A DNA stretch of 64,000 nt from the NCBI GenBank assembly GCA_963740085.1, contig CAVUCU010000004.1, positions 256,001 through 320,000 of the forward strand. Direction: 5' to 3'. Under the pieces are notes generated by a model. That model was not told the DNA's origin and did no database searches. It worked only from the letters and a program-made list of their open reading frames with translations. This document shows, one piece after another, positions 9,928 to 19,808 of the stretch; positions within the stretch are counted from its first letter, which is position 1, and each line of letters starts with the position of its first letter. A program made the translations under genes and the position numbers. This DNA is from Nitrospirota bacterium (lineage in GTDB: Bacteria; Nitrospirota; UBA9217).

Positions 9928-12900
9928 ATAAGCGAAATTTGTCTTTATGCGCAATAGTGATCTTTGCGATAGCCCTGCTGGGCGCACCCGCGGCCATGGC
10001 CGCCTGCAATTACACGGCGGCGGAGGCAGCACTGTATCCGCCGGGAATAGGATTCAATCCAGCCGTCTGTTACAATGTGCCGAACTTCTCGCAAAGCCCG
10101 AACATCAGGAAGTTCGTTGACAGTCTCCCTGGTCTGGGGGCAGCCAACGCGAACAATCTCGGGCAGTATATCCCGATTGCCGTTCCGGACACGACATCGT
10201 ATCCGGGGTCGGATTATTATGAGATCGGTCTCAAACAGTACACGAAGAAGATGAACACCGACCTCCCGGCCACCACGCTCAGGGGCTATTACCAGAAAGA
10301 CGGCACTGATCATTCCTCGCAGTATCTGGGCGTGGCTATCATCGCCAAGCGCAACCGTCCGGTGCGCGTCAAGTATTTTAACGAGCTCCCCATCAGCTCT
10401 CTTACCGATACAACTGCCGGCAGGCTTTTCCTGCCTGTGGACACCACCTTGATGGGTGCAGGCATTGGGCCAGATGGAGTACATTCTTTCTCGCAAAACC
10501 GTGCAAGCTGGCATCTCCACGGTGGCCGCACCCCGTGGATCAGCGACGGCACGCCGCACCAGTGGCTTACCCCGGCTGGTGATCCGTCAATACCCCCGAA
10601 AGGCGCGAGTTTCCAGAACGTGCCTGACATGGTTAACGGCTCCGGAACCACGTGCATCGGAGGCGCCAAGTGCTTCACCCCTAATGCGGGCGACGGCATC
10701 GGGACGCTCTACTATTCAAACGATCAGAGCGCCCGCCTGATGTTCTACCACGACCATGCCCTTGGAATAACTCGACTGAACGTCTATGCCGGTCTTGCCG
10801 CGCCCTATCTCCTGACCAGCCAGGTCGAGGAAGACCTGATCTCGGGGACGGATGTTTCGGGCGGCAACCCGGCGGCAAAACAGATATTGCCCGACCAGGG
10901 AACTCCAAATGGCGTCTATAGATATGGAATCCCTCTGGTTATCCAGGACAAATCATTCGTGAATGACGCAACCACGCCTCCGGCCCCGGGCTTCCCGGCA
11001 ACGACTTCCGGCTACGTACCTATGCCGACCACCCTTAGTACTGATCCTCTCTGGGCAAAGTATGTTGGGACCGGCGGAGGGAACCTCTGGATGCCCCACG
11101 AGTATATGCCGATCGAGAACATCTTTGATCCGACCGGTAACACACCCAACGGCAGATGGGACTATGCTCCTTTCCTGAATCCGCCTTTGATCCCCACGCA
11201 TCCCATGCTCCCCACTCCGACCACTGTACCGGAATCATTCGGAGACACCGTGACGGTCAACGGCACTGTTTTCCCCTACCTCGAGCTGCCGCCGGATGCC
11301 ATCCGTTTCCGGATACTGAGCGTCGGCAACGACCGCGGGTTCAACCTGATGTGGTTCAAGGCTGATCCCCTGCGGATAAACGTGACGAACGGAGGGTCCA
11401 ATTATACGAATCCAACGGTGTTTATGAGCGGAAATGTAGGCCTCTATTCGACTGCAACCGCAATTGTCTCTCCCGGCACCATATCAGCGATCGATGTTGC
11501 AGGCTCGGCGCATTACATCTTTCCTCCTACGGTTAAGCTCTCGGGCGGAGGAGGAACCTGTGCTTCAGTAATAGCATCAGTTGTCTCCAATTCGAGCGGT
11601 GTAATTACCGTATCGGCCCAGGGGTGCAGCGGTTTCACGTCTGCGCCAAATGTTACGTATCACTGGCGGTGGAGGAGGCACCTATACATCCGCAACAGCG
11701 TCGATAATTCCCAAAGGCGTCATTACGGGAATCGTGGTTACGGGCGCAACGGGCTACCGGTCGGATATGCCTGCTCCGACGGTGACCATTTCGGATTCAA
11801 CCGGCACGGGCGCCACAGCCGTCGCCTTCGTCAACACGGAAGTAAAGATGGTTGATGCACTCCCGAACAATGGGTGGCTGAATGGGCCGTGGGATGGGCG
11901 CGACGGCGGCGTCCCTGATCCGGCCATGTCAGGCCCGTCATGGGTCCAGATCGGCAACGAGTCCGGGTTCCTGGCCCAGGCCGCGGTATGGCCGCCCCAA
12001 CCGATCGTTTACGAACAACTTCGCCAGAGCATTCCCACGCTTGGCGTCACGTACCACTCGCTCCTTCTGCAGCCGGCAATGCGCGCGGACGTGATCGTTG
12101 ACTTCAGCAGTTACAAGGACGGCGACGTGCTCATCCTGTACAACGATGGGCCCGCGCCCATGCCGGGGTACTGGCCGCTCAACGACTACTACACGGACGA
12201 CCCGGACCAGACCGGAATAGGCGCAGCTCCGACGACACCGCCCGGCTTCGGCCCCAACACCCGCACCATCATGCAGGTCCGGATCAAGGGGACCAAGACG
12301 TCGGCCTATACATTCAACCTTGCAGAGCTCCAGGCAGCAGTTGCCGAAGGCCTTCGCAGCGGACCAGGACAAACCCATTGTTCCCCAGTTGGCCTATAAC
12401 GACGCTTACCCGGGATTTGCAACGTTTGACGCATACGCAAGTAATAAAGACACAACCCTGAACCTTACCGGTTCGCCTCAGGGGGTATCAAGGATCCTTA
12501 CCGCAGTAGGCGGCAACGGCTATACGACGCCTCCCACGGTCCAGGTTCTGGCCACGGGCGCTGGCTCGGGTGCAACGGGCACGGCAGGTCTCAATCCTTA
12601 CGGCGGTGCCATTCTCCTCACGGCAGGTGCCGGCTACACCTCGCCTCCTGCGGTTACGATAGGGACTCCGCTCAGTACCTACACCACCCCAACGTTTAAC
12701 CCTCGTCCCGGTGTGATTCAGGTAACCGCCTTGGGCTCTACAACGATCTCGGGCGGTATGGTTACCGCCATCGCGATCGATGAGCCCGGCTCGAACTACA
12801 ACACCAACGTTTTGGACACCGCGGCAACCCCCACATGCATCATTGCGCCACCAACGTGCACGCCGCTCGGTACGGCAATTTGCGATACGGCCACCTGCCA

Positions 12901-14457
12901 GTCGTTCATCTCAGTGGCGGGTTCCGTCGGCTCCATTCAGGTTACCACCGCCGGCTCGGGCTACACGTCTGAACCTACGGTCTTCCTGAATGGCGGAGGA
13001 GGTACGGGCGCCACGGCAGATGCCTTGCTGGCCGGGGCGACGATAATGACCGGCAAGAACATAACAGAGGGTTTTGACCCCGACTACGGGCGGTTGGACA
13101 TCAGGCTCGGCTCCACGCCGAACCCGCTCACGCCCAGCATAGGCAACGGCCAGGTTATCGGCATCGCGCGCTACATCGACCCGCCGACCGAGTTCCTGAA
13201 CGATGGAGAGGTCATCCTGTGGCGTTTCGCGCATCTGGGAGTTGACTCCCATGCCCTGCATTTCCACCTGTTCGACATGCAGGTGGTGAACCATGTTGAC
13301 TATACCAACGTCGTAAAGCCGCCGTACCCGGACGAACTCGGTTGGAGGGAAACCATCAGGACCAACCCGATGGAAGACATCATCGTGGCGATAAGACCGA
13401 GGACGATGGCGCTCCCGTTCCCGGTACCGAACAGCAGCCGGCTTCTGGACGTGACGAACGCCGCTGGATGTCAACACGAACTTCCTTCCCATACCGCCTC
13501 CGCCCGGCATAGCAGCGGTACCGCAGATCATCAATGCGGTGACTGACTTCGGTTGGGAATACGTCTGGCATTGCCACCTCCTGGCGCATGAAGAGAATGA
13601 CATGATGCGGCCGATGTGCTTGTTGCCTCCGTCTGCCGTACCGAATGCGCCTGGTCTCGCGGCCGGAGGTGTAGTCGCGTCGCCGGAGCAAGTCAGCTCT
13701 CACTTGGACGCATTACTGCTCGACACCTGCCAATGCGCCGGCCGCATTTCGTCATCCAACGGTGCACGGGCAATGGTTGCACTCCTGCGACGACCATAGC
13801 AACATTGATTGACAGAAACTTGCGCACCTATATCGACACTACGGTTGCTGCAGGCACGACGTATGGATATCGTATCCATGCGTTCAACAACTCGGGCAGT
13901 TCGGCGATTCGACCACCCGATCCGTAACAACAGCTGACCTATAGCATTCCCACCGTATCCATAACAGCACCGGCAAGCGGGGCAACGTATACCGCTCCAG
14001 CTACGGTCGCGTTGGCCGCTTCCGCGACGTCCGGAGGAACCGGAGACCATCACCAAGGTGGAGTTCTTCAATGGTTCGAATCTGATACAAAGCGTCACAA
14101 CAGCACCCTATAACGCGAGCTGGGCGAGTGTGCCTGCCGGTGTATATGGAGCCGTGACCGCCAAGGTCACCAACAGCCAGGGAGCAACTGCTGTCTCTAC
14201 TCCGATATCGGTCATTGTAGCGCCGATCATAACGACCTGCGGTCGTAGCCCCCACGGGCGACGTCAGCGGCAACGGCTTAATTGACCTGACCGATGTCTT
14301 GCTTGTCCTGCGTGCAGCATTGGGTTTACCGGACACCACCGTTCCTTTGACCACGATCATAGCCAAGGGCGATGTATATCCTCCAGGCGCGCCGGATGGC
14401 GTGATCACCATGGCAGATGCGCTGACGGTTCTGCAAATGTATGTGTCCACACATTAA
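9924..14457 (+). CDS. Large secreted multicopper oxidase (CotA / Geobacter OmpB-like) with inserted GxGY repeats, FN3, Ig-like and C-terminal dockerin domains; about 7 apparent frameshifts
   Basis: All four Cu motifs present: WHLHGG, FYHDH, HALHFH, WHCHLLAHEENDMM; consecutive ORF pieces join by small indels; ends ..ADALTVLQMYVSTH* at TAA 14455-14457. Confidence 0.85.
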
Positions 14458-14483
14458 GGGAGTGCAACACGACAATTAATATC

Positions 14484-14525
14484 TATCAGCATGGCACAGT
14501 GAAAAGATCACGTGCCATGCTGATA
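14484..14525 (+). other. Strong intergenic stem-loop (RNA stabiliser or terminator)
   Basis: TATCAGCATGGCAC-N14-GTGCCATGCTGATA, perfect 14-bp stem, no U-tract. Confidence 0.6.
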
Positions 14526-14551
14526 ACATAACGCGGTTTAAATATGGAGGA

Positions 14552-15382
14552 ATGAAAATGAATACAAGATCAGGTGGTTATATCATATTAGCTGCGGTCA
14601 TCTTTCTTCTGTTCTCTGGCTGCGGCGGTAGCAGCGGGGGTGGGGGGGGTGCTGCAGCCTCAACAACTACCCTGACATCGGACAAGGCGATCGCGCTGGC
14701 GAACGGCAATGATCCCGTCAGCCCGGAACGAGTTACCTTTACCGCAACATCCACGCCGGGGAGTCCGGTATCATTTGTGATCACCGCGGGAACGGGTTCA
14801 CTCGTCAATGCTGATACGGCGACGAATGCCTCCGGTATTGCGACGGTGCAGCTCCAAAGAAACCCAATTACCGGTGTGAACACGAGAGAAGATATAACGG
14901 TCACAGCCACTGCCGCCGGCGCTTCGGCTGCCAAGACTGTCAGATTCATCGACCTGCCGTCTCAGGCCAATATATCGATCGCGCTCAACCGGGTGATAAC
15001 GGACCTGGGCGCCCTGACATTCGACCTTGTAAGTTCGCCGACTCAGTCGGCGCCGCAGTTCATGCTGGCGACACCTTTAGGCGTTGCAATCACGTTTCCG
15101 CGCATAGGTCCTCTTGGCCCTGGCACACAAAATACCTACACCATTGCGGTGGGCACCGGGAAATATTCGCTCGTCACAACAGTGAACCCGGGTATCACCA
15201 CGACAGTGAATGGTCCTCTCGTGGGATTGACCTATAGCATTGATCCGACCATCAAGTCGCTTCCGACCTTTGCCGTAGGAACGACACCGCAGGCAACAAA
15301 TTCTTTAGCCTCAGGCGCACTTCCTATCGCGGTGTCACAAGCAGATTTCGTTGCGACGACGGTTTTCGACACGGATAATTAA
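14552..15382 (+). CDS. Lipoprotein with Big-1 domain and putative cohesin-like C-terminal domain (paralog of 3-809)
   Basis: GGAGG RBS; lipobox LFSG-C plus Gly/Ser linker; TSDKAIALANG, KTVRFIDLP, DLGALTFDL. Confidence 0.75.
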   Translation: MKMNTRSGGYIILAAVIFLLFSGCGGSSGGGGGAAASTTTLTSDKAIALANGNDPVSPERVTFTATSTPGSPVSFVITAGTGSLVNADTATNASGIATVQLQRNPITGVNTREDITVTATAAGASAAKTVRFIDLPSQANISIALNRVITDLGALTFDLVSSPTQSAPQFMLATPLGVAITFPRIGPLGPGTQNTYTIAVGTGKYSLVTTVNPGITTTVNGPLVGLTYSIDPTIKSLPTFAVGTTPQATNSLASGALPIAVSQADFVATTVFDTDN

Positions 15383-15388
15383 CGAGGG

Positions 15389-15505
15389 GTTGCCGTGGCC
15401 CCGTCAATGGATGTCGACATCAACCTCTTTGCCGGCAGGTTGATGGATGCGGATTTCGAGATTTATTTGAAAAACCGGGGACCGTCGAGGTCCCCGGTTT
15501 TTTTC
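15389..15505 (+). pseudogene. Remnant of the 3' part of the cohesin-domain gene
   Basis: Reads VAVAPSMDVDINLFAGRLMDADFEIYLKNRGT versus LTVAPPMDVNIDPSSSRLTEADFKMYLKEKGT in 912-2195. Confidence 0.7.
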
Positions 15506-15837
15506 GGCGGGATTTATCCCGAAAAACAATTGGTCCCGGGTAAACAATGCCGCCTGATGTAATTCACCTGGGGTAGCGCTTCGTGCATGGACTGCATCTC
15601 GAAACACACCGTACGGACAAAAACCGCTGAACAATCCCGCAGCAGACCTCCCTTGCCCCGCTGGAAGCAATGAATATCCATATTGTGAGAAGTCTTCGTT
15701 TTGTGATATAGTGCCCCTAAGGGATAGTTTCCACAAGTCCTTAACATTCTCAATATAATTCAGACTTGAAACGTTCAGAACATCGCTTGCATTACAATGG
15801 GGAATTATTTCTGCAGTTCAGCGGTCGAGGTATTATC

Positions 15838-16425
15838 ATGAGATCAATCATAGCGCGGGTACTTGTCTGCTTGGTCGCTCTATTCTTGTTGCCATTGACC
15901 GGGACCCTGGATCGTGCGCTGGCTGAAGAACAGGGTTATCAGCGAAGCGTAGAGCAATACACGGTGCCCGATGTCGTTCTCGTGAACCAGAACGGAGCGA
16001 AGGTCCGTCTTAAGGACCTTCTGCAAACCGACACGCCGGTGGTCCTGGATTTCATATTCGGGACCTGCACGACCATCTGTCCGATCCTCTCGGCCGGGTA
16101 CGTCAACCTGCAGCATAAGCTCGGCCCGGATTCCCGGGCGATCCGGCTCGTTTCGATCTCCATCGATCCGGAACATGATACCCCGAAGGTCATGAACGCA
16201 TATCTGAAACGGTTTCGTGCGAAGCCGGGATGGGATTTTCTGACCGGCTCCCGTGAAGATATCGACAAGGTGATGACGGCGTTCGGCGCTTACATTCAGA
16301 ACAAGATGTCGCATTACCCGCTGACGCTGATCCGCTCCCCCCAGGACGGCTCATGGATCAGGCTCTTCGGCCTCATGAGCACCGCGGAATTTATGAACGA
16401 GGTCCAGAAGGTAAAGAATAAATGA
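15838..16425 (+). CDS. SCO1/SenC family copper chaperone (copy 3; near-identical to 2524-3111)
   Basis: FIFGTCTTICP; mature region almost identical in DNA to copy 1. Confidence 0.9.
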   Translation: MRSIIARVLVCLVALFLLPLTGTLDRALAEEQGYQRSVEQYTVPDVVLVNQNGAKVRLKDLLQTDTPVVLDFIFGTCTTICPILSAGYVNLQHKLGPDSRAIRLVSISIDPEHDTPKVMNAYLKRFRAKPGWDFLTGSREDIDKVMTAFGAYIQNKMSHYPLTLIRSPQDGSWIRLFGLMSTAEFMNEVQKVKNK

Positions 16426-18155
16426 TCGCAGAACGGGAAACGAAAAGACGGGGTCATTGGAATAGTATGATGCGAGGATACATCCTCGCCCTCATGCTTC
16501 TTTTCTGTTGTGTCGCAACCGCTCCCGCAGAAGAAAATCAAGGAACCGATACCGCCCTTTCGCAGCGCGAGATCCTTCAACGGGGAGAGAACATCTACCG
16601 CGAGGGCATCCTGCCCTCGGGAGAGCCGCTTCAGGCCGTCGTGAAGGGCGACATCCCGGTGGTCGGGACGGCTTTTAGCTGTGTGAGCTGTCATCTTCGC
16701 AGCGGTCTCGGATCACTGGAAGGGGGCGTCATTACGCCCCCGACCACGGGGAAGAAGCTGTACCAGCCGCTTTACACCGGTACTGAACTTACCCACTCCG
16801 CGCGAAAACAAGTGCCGACCTATTTTCGGTCAATAGCCCATCGACCGGCGTATACGGACGAAACACTTGCTGTCGCCCTGCGGATGGGTATCGATCCCGA
16901 AGGCCAGGAATTGAATTCCGTCATGCCACGCTATTTTCTTGATGATCGGGACATGGGAATCCTTATATCCTACCTGAAGTCACTTTCCTCGGAGCTTTCT
17001 CCCGGGGTTACGGATACGACCCTTCACTTTGCCACCATCGTTACGGAAGGGGTCGGCGCCGAAGATCGGGAGGCAATGCTGGCGCCTCTGCAGACCTATG
17101 TCGCCGCCCGGAACAGCATGTCAAAAGTTTATGAGACGCGGGCAAAATACGGCGTGTTTGCCGAAGAAATGGACCTTTCCTACAAGAGAATGTCGCTGTC
17201 TGTCTGGGAACTCAAGGGTTCTGCTGAAACGTGGAGAGGACAATTGGAGGAATACTATCGCAAGGAGCCGGTCTTTGCGCTGCTCGGCGGGATAGCCGCG
17301 GGAGAATGGAAACCGATCCATGAATTCAGCGAGGACCATCGCATTCCCTGCATCTTCCCCGTTACCGATTTCCCCGTCATCTCCGAGACCGGCTGGTACA
17401 CGCTCTATTTTTCCAAGGGCATTTATCAGGAGGGTGAGGCCGTGGCCCATCACCTCGCGAGAATGGAGGGGCTTTCGGCGGAGAACACGGTGTTGCAGAT
17501 CGTCCAGAACTCACGCGAGGGCCGGGCCCTTCAAGCGGGATTCGAATCCACCTGGCAGGACCTGGGTCGTCGTCAGCCGATCACCATAGCCCTTCCGGAA
17601 GGCGATGCAATCACAAAGGAGGCCCTTCAGCGGCTCATGGAAAAGAACAAACCGTCCATAATCCTTCTGTGGGCAGGTGCCGGGGTCTTTCCGGCCTTGC
17701 AGGCGATTACGAAGCCGGCGAAGAGGCCGCAGCGTGTATATATGTCATCGAGTCTCCTGAAACAGGGCCTCTGGACCGTGCCGGAAAAGGCGCGTGATGT
17801 TGTGTACATGGCCTATCCCTACAGGCTCCCGCAGGAAGAGGCGATATACTCGAAGTATGCAAGCGGTTTACTGCGGGGCAAGAAGAACATGCCGATCAAC
17901 GACCGGAGAATTTCAACGCGGATGTATTCCGTAGCGAGGCTGATGACCGAAACGTTTCTGCATATACAGAGAAATTACTATCGTGACTATTTCCTCGATG
18001 TCATCGGTATGTTGAGAGACCAGCTATATCCCGATTATGTGCGCCTGAGCTTCGGACCGGGGCAGCGCTACGCCTCGAAGGGGTGTTATATCGTTCAGTT
18101 GACTCGAGGTATCAAACCCGAACTCGTCAGAAGAAGCGAATGGGTGATCTATTGA
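16422..18155 (+). CDS. Cytochrome c / periplasmic-binding-protein-like fusion (copy 3)
   Basis: CVSCH; SFGPGQRYASKGCYIVQL; ATGA overlap with SCO. Confidence 0.85.
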   Translation: MIAERETKRRGHWNSMMRGYILALMLLFCCVATAPAEENQGTDTALSQREILQRGENIYREGILPSGEPLQAVVKGDIPVVGTAFSCVSCHLRSGLGSLEGGVITPPTTGKKLYQPLYTGTELTHSARKQVPTYFRSIAHRPAYTDETLAVALRMGIDPEGQELNSVMPRYFLDDRDMGILISYLKSLSSELSPGVTDTTLHFATIVTEGVGAEDREAMLAPLQTYVAARNSMSKVYETRAKYGVFAEEMDLSYKRMSLSVWELKGSAETWRGQLEEYYRKEPVFALLGGIAAGEWKPIHEFSEDHRIPCIFPVTDFPVISETGWYTLYFSKGIYQEGEAVAHHLARMEGLSAENTVLQIVQNSREGRALQAGFESTWQDLGRRQPITIALPEGDAITKEALQRLMEKNKPSIILLWAGAGVFPALQAITKPAKRPQRVYMSSSLLKQGLWTVPEKARDVVYMAYPYRLPQEEAIYSKYASGLLRGKKNMPINDRRISTRMYSVARLMTETFLHIQRNYYRDYFLDVIGMLRDQLYPDYVRLSFGPGQRYASKGCYIVQLTRGIKPELVRRSEWVIY

Positions 18156-18319
18156 TCCGCTCCTGCGCGGTACCGGTGAGCTGCGCCGGCTGTGGAAAAA
18201 GTTCACTTTGGTTAAGCAATAATCCTCGGCAGGCATCATACCGGCAATGAAGTGAATAGACTGGTTGCAACAGCCGATATCCCTGATTATGCAGATGCTA
18301 TCTGCTAAAAGGAACTGAC

Positions 18320-19219
18320 ATGAGAGCTCATATCATTTTTAATGTTTCGCTGGGAAAGTTTATAGCGGCGTTATTGGTCCTCACCGCATTATTTCATGGC
18401 TCTTCTTCGGCAGAGGTGTCTGATCAATCAGCAAACCAGACTCTGCAGATCAACCAGGGGGGCGTCGAGTTGTCAAAGGATTCGCCGGTCGAACTGAACC
18501 AAGAGTATTTTACAGGCTACTGGACTGATACGAAGAACATCGTAACCGCTCCTGCACGATGGGACTCATCAGACTGGATTGAAGCATCCATCGTTACGGG
18601 CATAGCCATTGGATTGTTCACTCAGGACGAGAACATACAAAGATGGTCGCAAAAGCATAAAAACACTACGACCGGCAATATCTCCGACGATGCCAAAAAA
18701 ATAGGTACTTTTTCAGTACCGGCAGTGGTCGGACTCGGCCTGTACGGCTACATCGCCGGCGATGGGAAAGCCAAAACGACCTTTTTGCTGAGTACGGAAA
18801 GCTTCATCGTCACCGGCGTTTTTGCACAGATTCTTAAACGTGCAACCGGCCGTCATCGGCCTTATACCGGAGATTCGCACGATACGTGGTCGGGTCCCAG
18901 CATTTCCGGCCAGAACGATCACCTGTCGTTACCGTCAGGCGATGCCTCGTCAGCGTTTGCAATAGCATCGGTGGTTGCTTCTGAATACGACAATTGGGTG
19001 GTCCCGCCTCTCGTCTACACCGCATCGGCGCTCATCGGTCTCTCGCGGGTGCATAACAATGCACATTGGTCTTCCGATGTATTTGTGGGTTCCGCGATAG
19101 GATATTTTACCGGGAAGGCGATCGTTGCCTCGCATAGAGATGGTCAAAAAAGCAATCTTTCACTTGCGCCCATGATAGATGGAAAGGACCTGGGCTTTGT
19201 AGTGACATACAGGTATTAG
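18320..19219 (+). CDS. PAP2 superfamily phosphatase
   Basis: K..TGRHRP, PSGD (His replaced by Asp), SRVHNNAHWSSDV motifs; signal peptide. Confidence 0.85.
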   Translation: MRAHIIFNVSLGKFIAALLVLTALFHGSSSAEVSDQSANQTLQINQGGVELSKDSPVELNQEYFTGYWTDTKNIVTAPARWDSSDWIEASIVTGIAIGLFTQDENIQRWSQKHKNTTTGNISDDAKKIGTFSVPAVVGLGLYGYIAGDGKAKTTFLLSTESFIVTGVFAQILKRATGRHRPYTGDSHDTWSGPSISGQNDHLSLPSGDASSAFAIASVVASEYDNWVVPPLVYTASALIGLSRVHNNAHWSSDVFVGSAIGYFTGKAIVASHRDGQKSNLSLAPMIDGKDLGFVVTYRY

Positions 19220-19320
19220 CGAAACAGAGCGAGAAAGAGTCGATCAATTGCACCGCTTCCTTCCTCAATTCGTTTGAAAAGAATTGAGACAAGTATGAAG
19301 AGAATATTTATGAAAATGTG

Positions 19321-19626
19321 ATGACCATGAAAAATCGAGTCGCTAACTATTTAACGGTAACTGGTTTAGTTGTTTTGTTCATATTCTCAGGACACGTTGT
19401 TTCATATTCACAAGATCGCGCAGAATCCAAGGCGATCTTTTATGTTCAATGATACGACGTCGGAAAAACAGCCCTGGAAGGGCTGGCGGGAGTGAAGAGA
19501 GTCGAAAAAGGCTTTCGCTACTTTAAGGAAATAAATACAGTTTATTATGATCCGAAGGTAATTACCATCGAGGAAATGGAACTTGCCCTGAAGAAGGCCG
19601 GAACTTTCATTGAAACGGTAAAATAG
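19321..19626 (+). CDS. Putative exported selenoprotein (HMA/MsrA-like ferredoxin fold) with in-frame UGA at 19450; not in ORF track
   Basis: Signal peptide, then KAIFYVQ-U-YDVGKTALEGLAGVKRVEKGF..EINTVYYDPKVITIEEMELALKKAG; frame stays open after UGA; SECIS-like hairpin follows. Confidence 0.7.
19453..19487 (+). promoter_or_regulatory. Bacterial SECIS-like hairpin
   Basis: CAGCCCT-GGA-AGGGCTG (19469-19485); loop starts with G, about 24 nt after the UGA. Confidence 0.6.
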
Positions 19627-19808
19627 AAAGAACATCACCATTAATTAATACTAAAGTTGAGCATTTTGCCTTTCTCACGGTCTGCGTCGACTTGCAATCG
19701 ATAGAGTGTTTGCTATACTTATCTTAAAAGACATCGTTTATCAGCTTGAAACGATGTTTTTCTATTTTAAAAGAGAAATGCCGTCAATTCGAGGGGGGGA
19801 AAGATGCC

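Noticed and set aside
9749-9931. 60-aa ORF before the MCO
   Set aside because: No RBS or signal; the alternative frame from 9606 with RBS, signal peptide and stop overlapping the MCO start is better supported
2524-18155. Diversity-generating retroelement explaining the near-identical repeats
   Set aside because: No reverse transcriptase; differences are not adenine-specific and the repeats are whole-gene paralogs
19408-19641. Minus-strand 77-aa ORF
   Set aside because: Antisense shadow of the better-supported + strand selenoprotein frame
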